DNA from: an uncultured virus (IMG/VR IMGVR_UViG_3300045953_000067)
Taxonomy: Duplodnaviria; Heunggongvirae; Uroviricota; Caudoviricetes
Virus record (IMG/VR): IMGVR_UViG_3300045953_000067
Length of the DNA stretch: 64,000 bases
Direction: 5' to 3' (one strand)
Shown here: one piece after another, positions 1 through 9,204 of the stretch
How positions within the stretch are numbered: the first letter of the stretch is position 1
Layout of the letters: each line of letters starts with the position of its first letter
The notes under the pieces: generated by a model
What the model was told of the DNA's origin: nothing
Databases searched by the model: none
The model's input: only the letters and a program-made list of their open reading frames with translations
Translations under genes and position numbers: made by a program

Positions 1-127
1 TCCTCGACGAGCAAAAGAAAAAGCACGAGGAGTCTGCGAAAGCGGCCGAGGACGCCTCCGCTCGAGAGCGCGCGGCGGCCGACGCCTACACGGACCGGAT
101 CAAGGCGCAGCTCGGCGAACTCGACCG
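1..127 (+). repeat. Exact 127-bp direct repeat, second copy at 47848-47974
   Basis: Base-by-base identity; first mismatch at 128 vs 47975. Confidence 0.95.
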
Positions 128-692
128 GCAGCAGCAGACGCTGATGGAGTCGATCGCTGGTGAAGCTCCAGAAGAGTTCATGGGCGCGGTTGAGGCGCAG
201 ACGCGTGCGCGCATCGCGCAGATCGAAGCCGAGAAGCAAGCCCTCCTCAAGCAGCAGGGCGACGCCATCCAGGAAGCCGAGAAGGTCCGCGACCGGGTCG
301 AGGACATCTGGGACGACCCGATCCACGTGCCGATCGTCTACGACTACCCGAACGGATCGAGTTCGCCTCTCCCGGAACCGACGGAGCGGTTCGCGTCCGG
401 TGGGATCGTCTCGCGTCCGACCGTGGCGCTCGTCGGCGAGGCTGGGCGGAAGGAGATCATCGGCGATCAGTCCTTCATGACGTCGGCGCTGATGGGCGCG
501 ATCAACCGGATCGGGTCGTCGGGACTGTCGGCGGCCGGCGTCGCCGGGAGCGACCGACCGATCGTGATCGAGAACGTGCTCGTCCTCGACGGTCAAGTGA
601 TCGACCGGCGCACGCTGAAGACGGTTCAGGCGGCCGCGCTCTCCGGCCAGGTGCAGATCCCATCGCGGGCCATCCGGGGGCCGAACGGATAG
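3..692 (+). CDS. Tape measure protein, C-terminal part (A, 5' truncated)
   Basis: Near-identical to the C-terminus of 45840-48539. Confidence 0.9.
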   Translation, partial: LDEQKKKHEESAKAAEDASARERAAADAYTDRIKAQLGELDRQQQTLMESIAGEAPEEFMGAVEAQTRARIAQIEAEKQALLKQQGDAIQEAEKVRDRVEDIWDDPIHVPIVYDYPNGSSSPLPEPTERFASGGIVSRPTVALVGEAGRKEIIGDQSFMTSALMGAINRIGSSGLSAAGVAGSDRPIVIENVLVLDGQVIDRRTLKTVQAAALSGQVQIPSRAIRGPNG

Positions 693-695
693 GTT

Positions 696-1463
696 ATGCC
701 CAATTTGCGCCTACTCCTGACGAACTTCTACGACGACGCCTCGACGGTCCTGTCGGCCTCGACGGAGGCGGCCGGTCTGCCGGTCGGGAACTCGAAGACG
801 ACCGACCGGACGGCCGTCTGGCGCTCGACCACGGGCACGGGCACGCAGACGATCGACATCGACCTCGGCTCGGCGCAGTCCATGACCTGCGTCGCGATCG
901 CGAACCCGAAGATCCTCGGGGCCGGGGCGATCGAGGTCTACGAACGCGGGAGCGCGGGCTCGCCGGGGTCGGCGAACCTCGTCGCGACGCTCCCGGCGAT
1001 CGAGGTCGAGACCCGGATGCACTACGTCTTCTTCAACGCGAACAGCAAACGGCACTGGCAATTGAAATGGACGAACCCTGGCGGCGCGAACGACTACGCC
1101 GAGGCCGGCTACGTGTTCCTCGGGACGTTCATCGAGCCGGCGGTCAACGTCCGGGCACCGTTCCAGGTGTCCCGCGTCGACCCGTCGGTCTCTCGGATGT
1201 CGGTCGACGGGCAGCAGAGCTTCGCGACGCGGACGAAGTACTACGCCGGGGCGTGGCAGTTCTATAACGCGCCGGAGGCGGACCTGACGAACCTCCGGAC
1301 GATCTTCCGGACGATCGGGGTGAACACGCCGATCTTCGCCGTGCTCGACACGTCGATCGCGTGGATGGCCTGGTTCCTCCGGATCACGAACGCGCTCGGG
1401 GTGAACCCGGAGGAACTCGTCGGACGGTACACGCCTGAGATCGCCTGGGAGGAGGCGCGGTAA
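696..1463 (+). CDS. Tail tip / distal-tail-like protein (A)
   Basis: Directly after TMP; ortholog at 48544-49311. Confidence 0.7.
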   Translation: MPNLRLLLTNFYDDASTVLSASTEAAGLPVGNSKTTDRTAVWRSTTGTGTQTIDIDLGSAQSMTCVAIANPKILGAGAIEVYERGSAGSPGSANLVATLPAIEVETRMHYVFFNANSKRHWQLKWTNPGGANDYAEAGYVFLGTFIEPAVNVRAPFQVSRVDPSVSRMSVDGQQSFATRTKYYAGAWQFYNAPEADLTNLRTIFRTIGVNTPIFAVLDTSIAWMAWFLRITNALGVNPEELVGRYTPEIAWEEAR

Positions 1464-3341
1464 ATGGCGCCGACTTTTGCAGAGTTCCTCACCTGGCCGA
1501 CGCGCGAGGAGGTCATCCTCTGCGAGCTCACACCGTCGCTGACGGTGACTGGCTGGACGCTGCAAACGGGCAGCACGTACAAGGCGGCCCTCTCGCGGTT
1601 CGACACGGCCGCGGGCTTCTCAGTGTATCGGCGCGTCGTGGCGGTCTGGCAGAACGCGACGGTCCTGACGGCGCAGACCTCGATCCCGAACGTCGACGCG
1701 AACCCCGGATCGTACTGGTGGGACGAGACGAACTCCCTCCTCTACGTGCGGACGACGAGCGGGGCCGACCCGGACACCTTCACGGCGATGCAGGCCTTCG
1801 TCACGTTCTACTGCGGCTCGAAGGGGATCGTCCTGAACCGCACGGACGGGAGCCCGGACACCGGGATCTACTATCAGCCCTGGGTCACGACGGACCTCCC
1901 GAGCGCGATCTTCACGATCGACGACCCGGTCTCAGGCGCGAAGACGGCGGCGACCGCGGAGCTTGCGCTCCTGAACGGGCACGGGTTCTTCCACTACGCC
2001 TATCGCAATTACAACTGGCGGAACAAGAAGGTCAAGCTGTTCCTCGGCGGCGACTACAACAGTCAGGCGCTCCTCCGCTCACAGTACACGTCGTGTCTGA
2101 CGATGGTCGTCGAGAACCTCGCGCCGAACGAAGACGTCTGTCGGTTCACGCTCAAGCCACAACTCCGGCTCCTCGACCAGTCGATCCCGGTGACGCCGTT
2201 CTTCACGGACTCGTATCCGAACCTCGGCGACGGGGTGCTCGGGACACGCAAGTGGATCGGCTATGGACGGGCGACGATCGCGCCTGACCTGACCGACATT
2301 CTCACGAGTTACGGGGTGTGGACTCTCGCGGATGCCGCGTATCAGACCCTCTTCGCGATCAATGCGGTCTATGCGATCAAGCGGGACAACACCGAAGGCC
2401 CGCAAGGGCTGACGGTCGGGATCCACTACACGCAAGACCTGACGGCCTGCACGATCACGATCACGGATCCGGCCTACAGCTACCAGGACTACCGGCTGTC
2501 GGTCGACGTGACCGGGAAGCCGGACGGGGGCGGGAGCTACTTCAAGACCTTCTCGGCGATCACGAAGGATCTGCTCACGACGTTCCTCGGCGTCTCCTCG
2601 ACGGACATCGACACGACGGCCTTCACGAATGCCGCGGCGGACGCGCCGCAAGAGCTATCGCTCTGGGTCAAGGACCAGCGGAGCCTCGCGTCGATCCTCG
2701 CGACGACCGAAGAGGATCAGCCGGCGCTCGAGCGGTCCGTGCTCGGCCGCATTCTCCAGACGCCGGCCGGGCTCTGGACGTGCTCGATCTTCCAGCCGGG
2801 CGGCTCGGCGACGGCATCGCTCAGGAAGGAAGACCTCGCGCGGTTCGAGTGCATTCCGGTGCTCGACGCCATTGCTCCGACGGTCGAGATCCAGTACGCC
2901 CACGACCACGACGCGGACACCTGGAAGAGCACGTCGAAGACGACGAGCCTCGTGCAATACGTCGCGGAGACGACGAACCGGATCGTCCTGAAGACGTTCC
3001 TCCGGAACCCGTCCGACGCCGAGGTGCTCTGCTCGCGGATGGCGCGGTTCCTCGCGGTCACGCCGGTGACGGCCGAGTTCGAGGAGCGCGGCACGCTCCT
3101 CGCGACGGCGCTCCCTGGTGACAAGGTGTCCGTTACGTACAGCCCGGCGCCCGGGGTCGGCGGGGCGTTCTCGGCGACGCTCTTCGAAATCGCGGAACTC
3201 GAGCGAAGCCTTCGGCCGGCGCTGACCATCAGCGGGAGACTCGTTATCAACCCGCTCGAGAGCAGTGGGGTCTACGGGAAATGGCTGACCGGGGCCGGGG
3301 CCGGACATTGGGGCGGCGGTTCGCCTACGCAGTGGTACTGA
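1464..3341 (+). CDS. Tail tip hub-like protein (A)
   Basis: 625 aa, position in tail module; ortholog at 49315-51192. Confidence 0.7.
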   Translation: MAPTFAEFLTWPTREEVILCELTPSLTVTGWTLQTGSTYKAALSRFDTAAGFSVYRRVVAVWQNATVLTAQTSIPNVDANPGSYWWDETNSLLYVRTTSGADPDTFTAMQAFVTFYCGSKGIVLNRTDGSPDTGIYYQPWVTTDLPSAIFTIDDPVSGAKTAATAELALLNGHGFFHYAYRNYNWRNKKVKLFLGGDYNSQALLRSQYTSCLTMVVENLAPNEDVCRFTLKPQLRLLDQSIPVTPFFTDSYPNLGDGVLGTRKWIGYGRATIAPDLTDILTSYGVWTLADAAYQTLFAINAVYAIKRDNTEGPQGLTVGIHYTQDLTACTITITDPAYSYQDYRLSVDVTGKPDGGGSYFKTFSAITKDLLTTFLGVSSTDIDTTAFTNAAADAPQELSLWVKDQRSLASILATTEEDQPALERSVLGRILQTPAGLWTCSIFQPGGSATASLRKEDLARFECIPVLDAIAPTVEIQYAHDHDADTWKSTSKTTSLVQYVAETTNRIVLKTFLRNPSDAEVLCSRMARFLAVTPVTAEFEERGTLLATALPGDKVSVTYSPAPGVGGAFSATLFEIAELERSLRPALTISGRLVINPLESSGVYGKWLTGAGAGHWGGGSPTQWY

Positions 3342-3345
3342 GGGT

Positions 3346-3816
3346 ATGAGCTACGACGCGACGACGACGCCTTCGTCTGGTGACGACACGCAACTCGCGG
3401 ACTACACGCGCCTCCGCGATAACGACAAGTCCCTCGCGGGCTCTGGGTCGTCGCACGACCTCGGCGGGTCGCTGAACAAGTTCGTCGAGGATACCTCCTT
3501 CGTCGACCTGCCGGACGGCTGGGATCTGGAGATTGACGGGACGCAACTCGGCGGCCGGACGGTGAAGCTTGAGTTCAACGTCATCGGCGAAACAGGGACC
3601 GCGGTCACAGTGAACGTGCGGCTCTTCAACATTACGGACGCGGGCGCGGTGGCGTCCTCGGATACTGCGGTCGTCAATCCAGGCACAACGCGGACGCGCG
3701 GGATCTCGAGTGCGCTGACGCTCCCGACGGCGGCGAAGCGATACAAGGCGCAAATCAAGGGCTCGGTCGGCGCGGCTGCGAAGGTCGCCGCGCGTGCGCG
3801 GGTGATTATCACATGA
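3346..3816 (+). CDS. Minor tail protein / fibre adaptor (A)
   Basis: N-terminal SGD..LADYTRLRDN motif typical of tail fibre anchors; ortholog at 51204-51674. Confidence 0.6.
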   Translation: MSYDATTTPSSGDDTQLADYTRLRDNDKSLAGSGSSHDLGGSLNKFVEDTSFVDLPDGWDLEIDGTQLGGRTVKLEFNVIGETGTAVTVNVRLFNITDAGAVASSDTAVVNPGTTRTRGISSALTLPTAAKRYKAQIKGSVGAAAKVAARARVIIT

Positions 3817-4973
3817 AGAAGCCTCTCATTCTGGCTGCCGTGCTCTCGTGCGTGGTCGCGGCGGCGCTCGTCGCGCAGACGATCACGGACGTCCATCTCG
3901 GGAAGGTCCGGATCAACTCGACGGCCTCGGACGCGCTCTGCGTCGGGAGCTCCGGCGGATCCTCGCCGACGTGTACGGGCGGGATCAAGGCGGATGATGC
4001 CGTGTTCGGGAATACGGTGGCGATCGGCACGTCGGCGACCGTGGCGAGTTGGGTCTCGCTGTCGTCAGGGGTGATCCGTGTCTCGAACGGGAGCACACAG
4101 GGGGTGCTGCAAGCCTTCGACGCGTCCTACCGGCCGCTGTTGATCGACGGCTCGACCCTCAATTTCTACATCAGCGGCGCGGAGAAGGGGCGGATGCACG
4201 CCTCTGGCGGCTTCTCCTGGGGCGACACGACAGATCCGGGAAGCACCAACTTTCGCGTTGCCGGCCAGCTCCGTCCGGCGGATGGATCGGTGTCCGCTCC
4301 AGCGTATAGCTTCGGCTCGGATACAAACACCGGCGTGTATTCAATTTCCGGAGACCTCCTCGGTTTCGCAATCGGTGGAATCGAGGGCGTTCGCATCGGG
4401 AAGACTGGGACCGGGAATCCCTACATCTCGATCAATCCGGCCGCGTGGGGAACCGGGGCGGTGAGCGGTGGCTACCTGTCTCTCGGGAGGAATACCTCCG
4501 GGAATGGCGCTCCCGGTGTCATTGCGTACGGCGATCAATCGGGCACGTTTTGGTACTCGTGGGCTGATACGTCTGGCAACCTCCGGATTTCGAGCGGCGG
4601 GACCTATCCAGAGGAGGACGGTACGCCCTCTGAGACCTCCGGGACCGTCGTTGGCACGCAGACGTCAACGCGGGATACGAAAAACTTGCTCGGCGCGTTC
4701 ACGGACTATCGCGGCGCGCTCGACCTGATCACGCAAGTCCCGATCTACCGGTTCACGTACAAGAGCGGCGCCTACGGCGGAACGATCTTCACGGGCATCA
4801 TCGCCGATGAACTGCCGGTCGTGATGATGGACCCGGATCCCGCGCATCCGGAGGGCCGATCGTTCTCGCCGGTCTCGGCCTTCGGCTACACGGCCGCGGC
4901 GATCAAGGCGCTTCAGGCTGAGATCGAAGAACTGCGCGCGGAAGTCCGCGACCTGAAAGCGAGGCAGCGATGA
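3813..4973 (+). CDS. Tail fibre/spike with C-terminal S74-type intramolecular chaperone and N-terminal signal peptide
   Basis: STRDTK..YRFTYK..GIIADEL..AAIKALQAEIEEL chaperone motif; MKK-hydrophobic-LVA|Q N-terminus. Confidence 0.8.
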   Translation: MKKPLILAAVLSCVVAAALVAQTITDVHLGKVRINSTASDALCVGSSGGSSPTCTGGIKADDAVFGNTVAIGTSATVASWVSLSSGVIRVSNGSTQGVLQAFDASYRPLLIDGSTLNFYISGAEKGRMHASGGFSWGDTTDPGSTNFRVAGQLRPADGSVSAPAYSFGSDTNTGVYSISGDLLGFAIGGIEGVRIGKTGTGNPYISINPAAWGTGAVSGGYLSLGRNTSGNGAPGVIAYGDQSGTFWYSWADTSGNLRISSGGTYPEEDGTPSETSGTVVGTQTSTRDTKNLLGAFTDYRGALDLITQVPIYRFTYKSGAYGGTIFTGIIADELPVVMMDPDPAHPEGRSFSPVSAFGYTAAAIKALQAEIEELRAEVRDLKARQR

Positions 4974-5221
4974 CCCCTGGCAACGGGAACGGCTGGAAGA
5001 CGCCGGCGATCGGGGCGCTCTGGGCGATCCTGCTCCTCCTCGCGGGCTGGTTTGTTCAGGACTCCGCGGCCTTCCGGTCGGAGATCACGAAGCAGATCGG
5101 CGAGAGCACGGCGCGGATCGCAGTGCTCGAGGAGGCGAACCGCAACATTCGTGAATCCCTCGCGCGGATCGAGGCGGGCGTCGCGCGGCTGAGCGAGCAG
5201 CAGCAGGAGCGGCGCCGGTGA
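4970..5221 (+). CDS. Single-TM coiled-coil protein, holin/antiholin-like (A)
   Basis: One TM segment plus coiled coil, immediately before the endolysin. Confidence 0.55.
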   Translation: MTPGNGNGWKTPAIGALWAILLLLAGWFVQDSAAFRSEITKQIGESTARIAVLEEANRNIRESLARIEAGVARLSEQQQERRR

Positions 5222-5676
5222 CGGACGAGCAGGCCGTCGCGGCGCTCGATGACGCCCAGGCCGTCGCGCTGACGCTCTGGGGCGAGGCGCGCAACCAGGC
5301 GATCGAGGGGCGCTTCGGCGTCGCGAGTGTCATCCGGAACCGGGTCCAGGCGCAGCGGCCGTCGTTCGGGCTCGGGTTCAAACAGGTCTGTCTGAAGGCG
5401 TGGCAGTTCTCGACCTGGCTCCCGCAGGGCGGCGAGCAGAACTACCGACGGACGATGGACACGGCGAAGACCGTCGTCGCGGGGCTCGAGCTCCCGGCGC
5501 TCGTGCGCGAGTGTCTGTGGATCGCCGACGGCCTCATCGCCGGGGCGTTCGGCGACACGGTGCGCGGGGCGAACCACTATCTCACGCTCGACCTGTACCG
5601 GACGACGCCGCCGAAGTGGACGCAGGGCGTCACGCCCACGATCCAGATCGGCGATCACGTGTTTTTGAAGTTATGA
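5218..5676 (+). CDS. Endolysin, SleB/Hydrolase_2 cell-wall hydrolase (A)
   Basis: LWGEARNQ..GVASVIRNRV..QFS..GANHY..IGDHVF motifs. Confidence 0.88.
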   Translation: MTDEQAVAALDDAQAVALTLWGEARNQAIEGRFGVASVIRNRVQAQRPSFGLGFKQVCLKAWQFSTWLPQGGEQNYRRTMDTAKTVVAGLELPALVRECLWIADGLIAGAFGDTVRGANHYLTLDLYRTTPPKWTQGVTPTIQIGDHVFLKL

Positions 5677-7034
5677 GTTCGACGATCCTCCCGGGCTCCT
5701 ATTGCGACGTCTGTCGCGTCCCGGGCGGGTATGCCTTCGTGCGAACCCAGGACAAGACCGTCACGTGTGACGTGAACGGCGTCTTCCTGTGGCGCGTCCA
5801 CGGGCCGGAAGTCCTGATGGAGGTCCGATGCTCGGCGCTCCCGGATGGCACCGTCGTCGCGGTCTGCAAGGGCAACGAGACCGGGACCGCGTATGTCACG
5901 GTCGATGGGCGGGCGCTCCGATCGGCGGCGCCGGTCTTCGGGGTCCAGTCGGTCGCGGTCGAGGGCGCCTGGCTGTACTTGATGCGCTCGGCGACGGTGC
6001 TCGAAGTCCTGTCGGTCAGCGGCGAGATCGTCGATATGCGCGCGGTCATGCCGACGTCGCAGGGGATCCGGGACGTCGTCGACGGCGAGGTCCGGATGGC
6101 CGATGACTGGTACGTGCGACAGGTCGGGACACTGCGACTGCATCAGGTCGTGGCGCGGCCGGGGATCATGATCGGGCAGGCGGATCCGTCGCAGATCGCC
6201 GGAGAGTGGCAGGGCGGCTACTTCACGGCGATCGAGGGCGTCGCGTTCGAGCCGCATCTCGCGGCCCTCGACAACGGCCGGTTCGCGATCTGCGCCAGGA
6301 CGCCGGCGGGCGCGGCGCTCGCGATCGTGCCGCCATATCCAGCCCTCGTGACCGGCTCGGCGCCGCTCCCTGACCCGCAACCGGAACCCAGACCTATGCC
6401 TCAGCCTGACGTCGCTCGTCTGACCGATACACAGTTCGCGACGCTCGAGCGAGAACGCGCGAAGTTCTCCGCCGAGACCCTGACGCCGGAGGAGATCGGG
6501 ATCATCCTGAACGCCACGGCATTCGCGCACCGGCACGATCCGGATCAACAGCTCGGGCTGCAACGGAAGGATCACGGCACGCGGGCGATCCAGCCGGTGA
6601 CGGGCGTCGGGATCTGGAACGGCCTCCGGATCATCCGGGACGGGACGCACTACGGCGGCGACGTGTGCGGGTCGTGTTCGATCGGGCGGTTCGTCCCGGT
6701 GCGCGCGGACTTCCTGCCGGCCGAGCCGGTCGGGCCGAACGGGTTCGTCGAGCCGGTGATGACGTCCGCCCAGCCGACGCCAGACCCGGCGCCGGCGCCG
6801 AACCCGGCGCCGCCCGCAGCGGATCTCGGGCCGGTCCTCGCGCAACTCGTCGAGATCAACAACGCGCTCGGGCTGCTCTTGCAAGGGCAGGCGCAACTGA
6901 GCGAACAGTTCGCGGCGCTGCGGGCGCTCGTGATCCGGCCGACGCCGACGCCGGCGCCGGCGGTGTCCTTCCCGGACTATCAGGCGCGCATTCTCGGACA
7001 GACGGTCACGCTCCGACCGATGGTGAAACCATGA
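5673..7034 (+). CDS. Lysis-cassette protein: beta-rich N-domain, GLQRK domain, Pro linker, coiled coil
   Basis: ATG overlaps endolysin stop; central domain homologous to 53009-53569. Confidence 0.65.
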   Translation: MSSTILPGSYCDVCRVPGGYAFVRTQDKTVTCDVNGVFLWRVHGPEVLMEVRCSALPDGTVVAVCKGNETGTAYVTVDGRALRSAAPVFGVQSVAVEGAWLYLMRSATVLEVLSVSGEIVDMRAVMPTSQGIRDVVDGEVRMADDWYVRQVGTLRLHQVVARPGIMIGQADPSQIAGEWQGGYFTAIEGVAFEPHLAALDNGRFAICARTPAGAALAIVPPYPALVTGSAPLPDPQPEPRPMPQPDVARLTDTQFATLERERAKFSAETLTPEEIGIILNATAFAHRHDPDQQLGLQRKDHGTRAIQPVTGVGIWNGLRIIRDGTHYGGDVCGSCSIGRFVPVRADFLPAEPVGPNGFVEPVMTSAQPTPDPAPAPNPAPPAADLGPVLAQLVEINNALGLLLQGQAQLSEQFAALRALVIRPTPTPAPAVSFPDYQARILGQTVTLRPMVKP

Positions 7035-7273
7035 CGCAGACGGTCCGATTCTGGCTCAAGGGGCTCCTCTCGGCGGCGATCTCCGCCGCGGCGAATAGCG
7101 TCGCGGTCGTCATCGTCGACCCGCAGGACTTCAATCTGTTCCAGGGCGGCGCGACGAAGCTCGGCGCGGTCGCGCTCGTCTTCGCCCTCGTCGCCGCGGC
7201 GGGGTTCCTGGCGAAGCATCCGCTCCCGGACGACGGAGACCCGCTCACGGGGATTACGCCGCGGCCCAAATGA
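7031..7273 (+). CDS. Holin-like two-TM protein (A)
   Basis: Two hydrophobic segments, ATGA coupling. Confidence 0.6.
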   Translation: MTQTVRFWLKGLLSAAISAAANSVAVVIVDPQDFNLFQGGATKLGAVALVFALVAAAGFLAKHPLPDDGDPLTGITPRPK

Positions 7274-7527
7274 CCGAGCATCTGTTCTCGCCGGCGGCGC
7301 TCGAGGCTCGTCCGCCGGTGACGGACCCGATCCGGCAGGCGATCCGGGACGCGTTCGCGATCGTGCCGCCGGGACGCTCGAGCGCGGTCGTCGCGATTGC
7401 CGACGAGCACGGCGCGCGGATTCACGCGGCCGTCAAGGTCGGCGGGCACTGGGAAGTCGGCGGGCAGATCGGGATCCCGATCCACGGACCTGTGATAGGG
7501 CAGGTCATCATCGCGGCGAGCTGGTGA
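7270..7527 (+). CDS. Conserved small beta-strand protein ending ASW (A)
   Basis: Ortholog at 53774-54031. Confidence 0.7.
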   Translation: MTEHLFSPAALEARPPVTDPIRQAIRDAFAIVPPGRSSAVVAIADEHGARIHAAVKVGGHWEVGGQIGIPIHGPVIGQVIIAASW

Positions 7528-7718
7528 CGATGCGCCCGTGTGCTCACTGCGGCGAGGACCAGCAGCTCGAGCCGCTCGGCGAGGGGCTGGTCCTCTGTCT
7601 GCGGAAGGGCTGCGGAAAGATCACGCGCCCGTCGTTGAGCGCGGCGCAGCAGGCGCGGGCCGATGCGCGCGTTCCATTCGACCTCCAAGGGTTCTGCGGG
7701 CAGGCTCCGGAAGACTGA
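7524..7718 (+). CDS. Small zinc-ribbon protein (A)
   Basis: CxxC..C..C motif; ortholog at 54031-54201. Confidence 0.6.
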   Translation: MTMRPCAHCGEDQQLEPLGEGLVLCLRKGCGKITRPSLSAAQQARADARVPFDLQGFCGQAPED

Positions 7719-7735
7719 GACAAAAAGGAGTGGCC

Positions 7736-8614
7736 GTGGTCTATCGACTCGGCGTGATCTCGGATCTGCACGCGCTCGGGCGCTACGCCCTCGTGCCGCC
7801 GAAGTGGTGGCCCCAGGGCGGCGAGCACGTGCATCCGGCCGCGAAGTTCTACTCGTACATGTGGGCGTGCTGGGCTGACTTCGTGAAGCGGTGTCCGTCG
7901 CTCGATGCGCTCATCGTGAACGGCGACCTCATCGAGGGCGAGTCGCCGTCGAAGCGCGACACCGTCGAGGCGCTCTCCGACAGTTTCCTCGAGCAGGGCG
8001 CTGCGGCCGAGGAAATTATCGGGATGCTGACACCGAAGGTCAGCGGCCCGATCTGGATCGTGCGCGGCACGCCATACCACGACGGGAAGCACTTCGAGAC
8101 GCTGGAGTCGGTCGCCCGGAACCTCGGCGCGGAGCAATGGTCTCCGGGTCGTTACACGGGCTACGTGCTCGAGGGCACGTGGCGCGGGCTTGCGCTGAAT
8201 GTGACCCACCACATGACGACCGGCGCGATCTACCGCGGCACGCTCGCGGACCGCTCGGCGCTCTTCTCCGCGACCGCGGAGGGACTCGGGAAGGCGAATC
8301 ACGCCGACCTGATCATTCGGTCGCATTTGCATATGAAGTACATAGGGAAGTCGCACGGGCGCTGGATCGTGCTGACGCCCGCGTGGAAACTGATCACGCC
8401 GTACGCGATCAAGAAGATGGAGTTTTATCGTGCGACGCTCAACAGCGACCTCGGGGCGATCCTCATCGAGACCGACGGGAAGGGCAAAGTCACGATCGAC
8501 GACTCGTTCCAGTACGAACCGTACAAGGCCGAGCTCCGCACGCTCGACGCCGGCTCCGACCTTCACCGCCGACGAGCTGGTCGCCGCCCTGCAAAGTCCG
8601 GCCGGAACCGCTGA
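7736..8614 (+). CDS. Calcineurin-like metallophosphoesterase (A)
   Basis: SDLH, NGDLIEG, RGTPYH, THH, SHLH motifs; AAGGAG RBS before GTG. Confidence 0.85.
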   Translation: MVYRLGVISDLHALGRYALVPPKWWPQGGEHVHPAAKFYSYMWACWADFVKRCPSLDALIVNGDLIEGESPSKRDTVEALSDSFLEQGAAAEEIIGMLTPKVSGPIWIVRGTPYHDGKHFETLESVARNLGAEQWSPGRYTGYVLEGTWRGLALNVTHHMTTGAIYRGTLADRSALFSATAEGLGKANHADLIIRSHLHMKYIGKSHGRWIVLTPAWKLITPYAIKKMEFYRATLNSDLGAILIETDGKGKVTIDDSFQYEPYKAELRTLDAGSDLHRRRAGRRPAKSGRNR

Positions 8615-8780
8615 CGGACTCTCCGTCTACGAACTGGGTAAGGTCACCGGGATCAACCTCCACCGGTTGCACTGGCGGCTCCGCGAATTGAGCCAGGCCG
8701 GACGGCTGGCCGCGATGCGCGTCATGCGTCCGGCGATCGACGGCATCCTGCGGCCGACGACGGTCTACCGGTTGAAGTAA
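8514..8780 (+). CDS. Winged-HTH protein (A; start uncertain, ACG at the position of the ATG in B)
   Basis: GLSVYELGKVTG..LRELSQAGRL; ortholog at 55002-55280. Confidence 0.65.
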   Translation, partial: TNRTRPSSARSTPAPTFTADELVAALQSPAGTADGLSVYELGKVTGINLHRLHWRLRELSQAGRLAAMRVMRPAIDGILRPTTVYRLK

Positions 8781-8784
8781 GGCG

Positions 8785-9204
8785 GTGAGAGCGAAGCGCC
8801 GCGGCATCAAGGTCGTTTCGCAGCGGAAGCCGTGGGACTGCGGCCTCGCCTGCCTCGCGATGCTGACCGGCGAACCGTACGGCGACATCGTGGTCGTCGC
8901 GCGGGATCTGGTCGATCCGATCAAGGCGCGCCGGCGCGGGTTGATCATCCCCGACATGCTGCTCGTCGCGGGCGTCTTCGGGATGCGGCTACGCCCGATT
9001 CGCAAGCAGAAGGATTACCTCGTTGGGCGGACTGGGATCCTCGGCCTGGTCGGTGGCGACCTCGACAGGTCAGGGCATTGGGTGATGTTGAAAGCCGGCG
9101 CGATCGTCGAGCCTGACGCCTCGCCGCCGGAAGTCTGGAGTGTTCTGGATTACCTCGCCGAGCACAAGGCGCGGCTGGCGACGCTACTCGTGGAGGACCG
9201 TTGA
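8785..9204 (+). CDS. Stand-alone C39-like cysteine peptidase
   Basis: QRKPWDCGLACLAML..GHWV motif. Confidence 0.75.
   Translation: MRAKRRGIKVVSQRKPWDCGLACLAMLTGEPYGDIVVVARDLVDPIKARRRGLIIPDMLLVAGVFGMRLRPIRKQKDYLVGRTGILGLVGGDLDRSGHWVMLKAGAIVEPDASPPEVWSVLDYLAEHKARLATLLVEDR

Noticed and set aside
8785..9204. C39 peptidase as the maturase of the Cys-loop peptide
   Set aside because: Absent from the equivalent locus in B, which still has the peptide; cleavage sites look like signal peptidase sites, not double-Gly.
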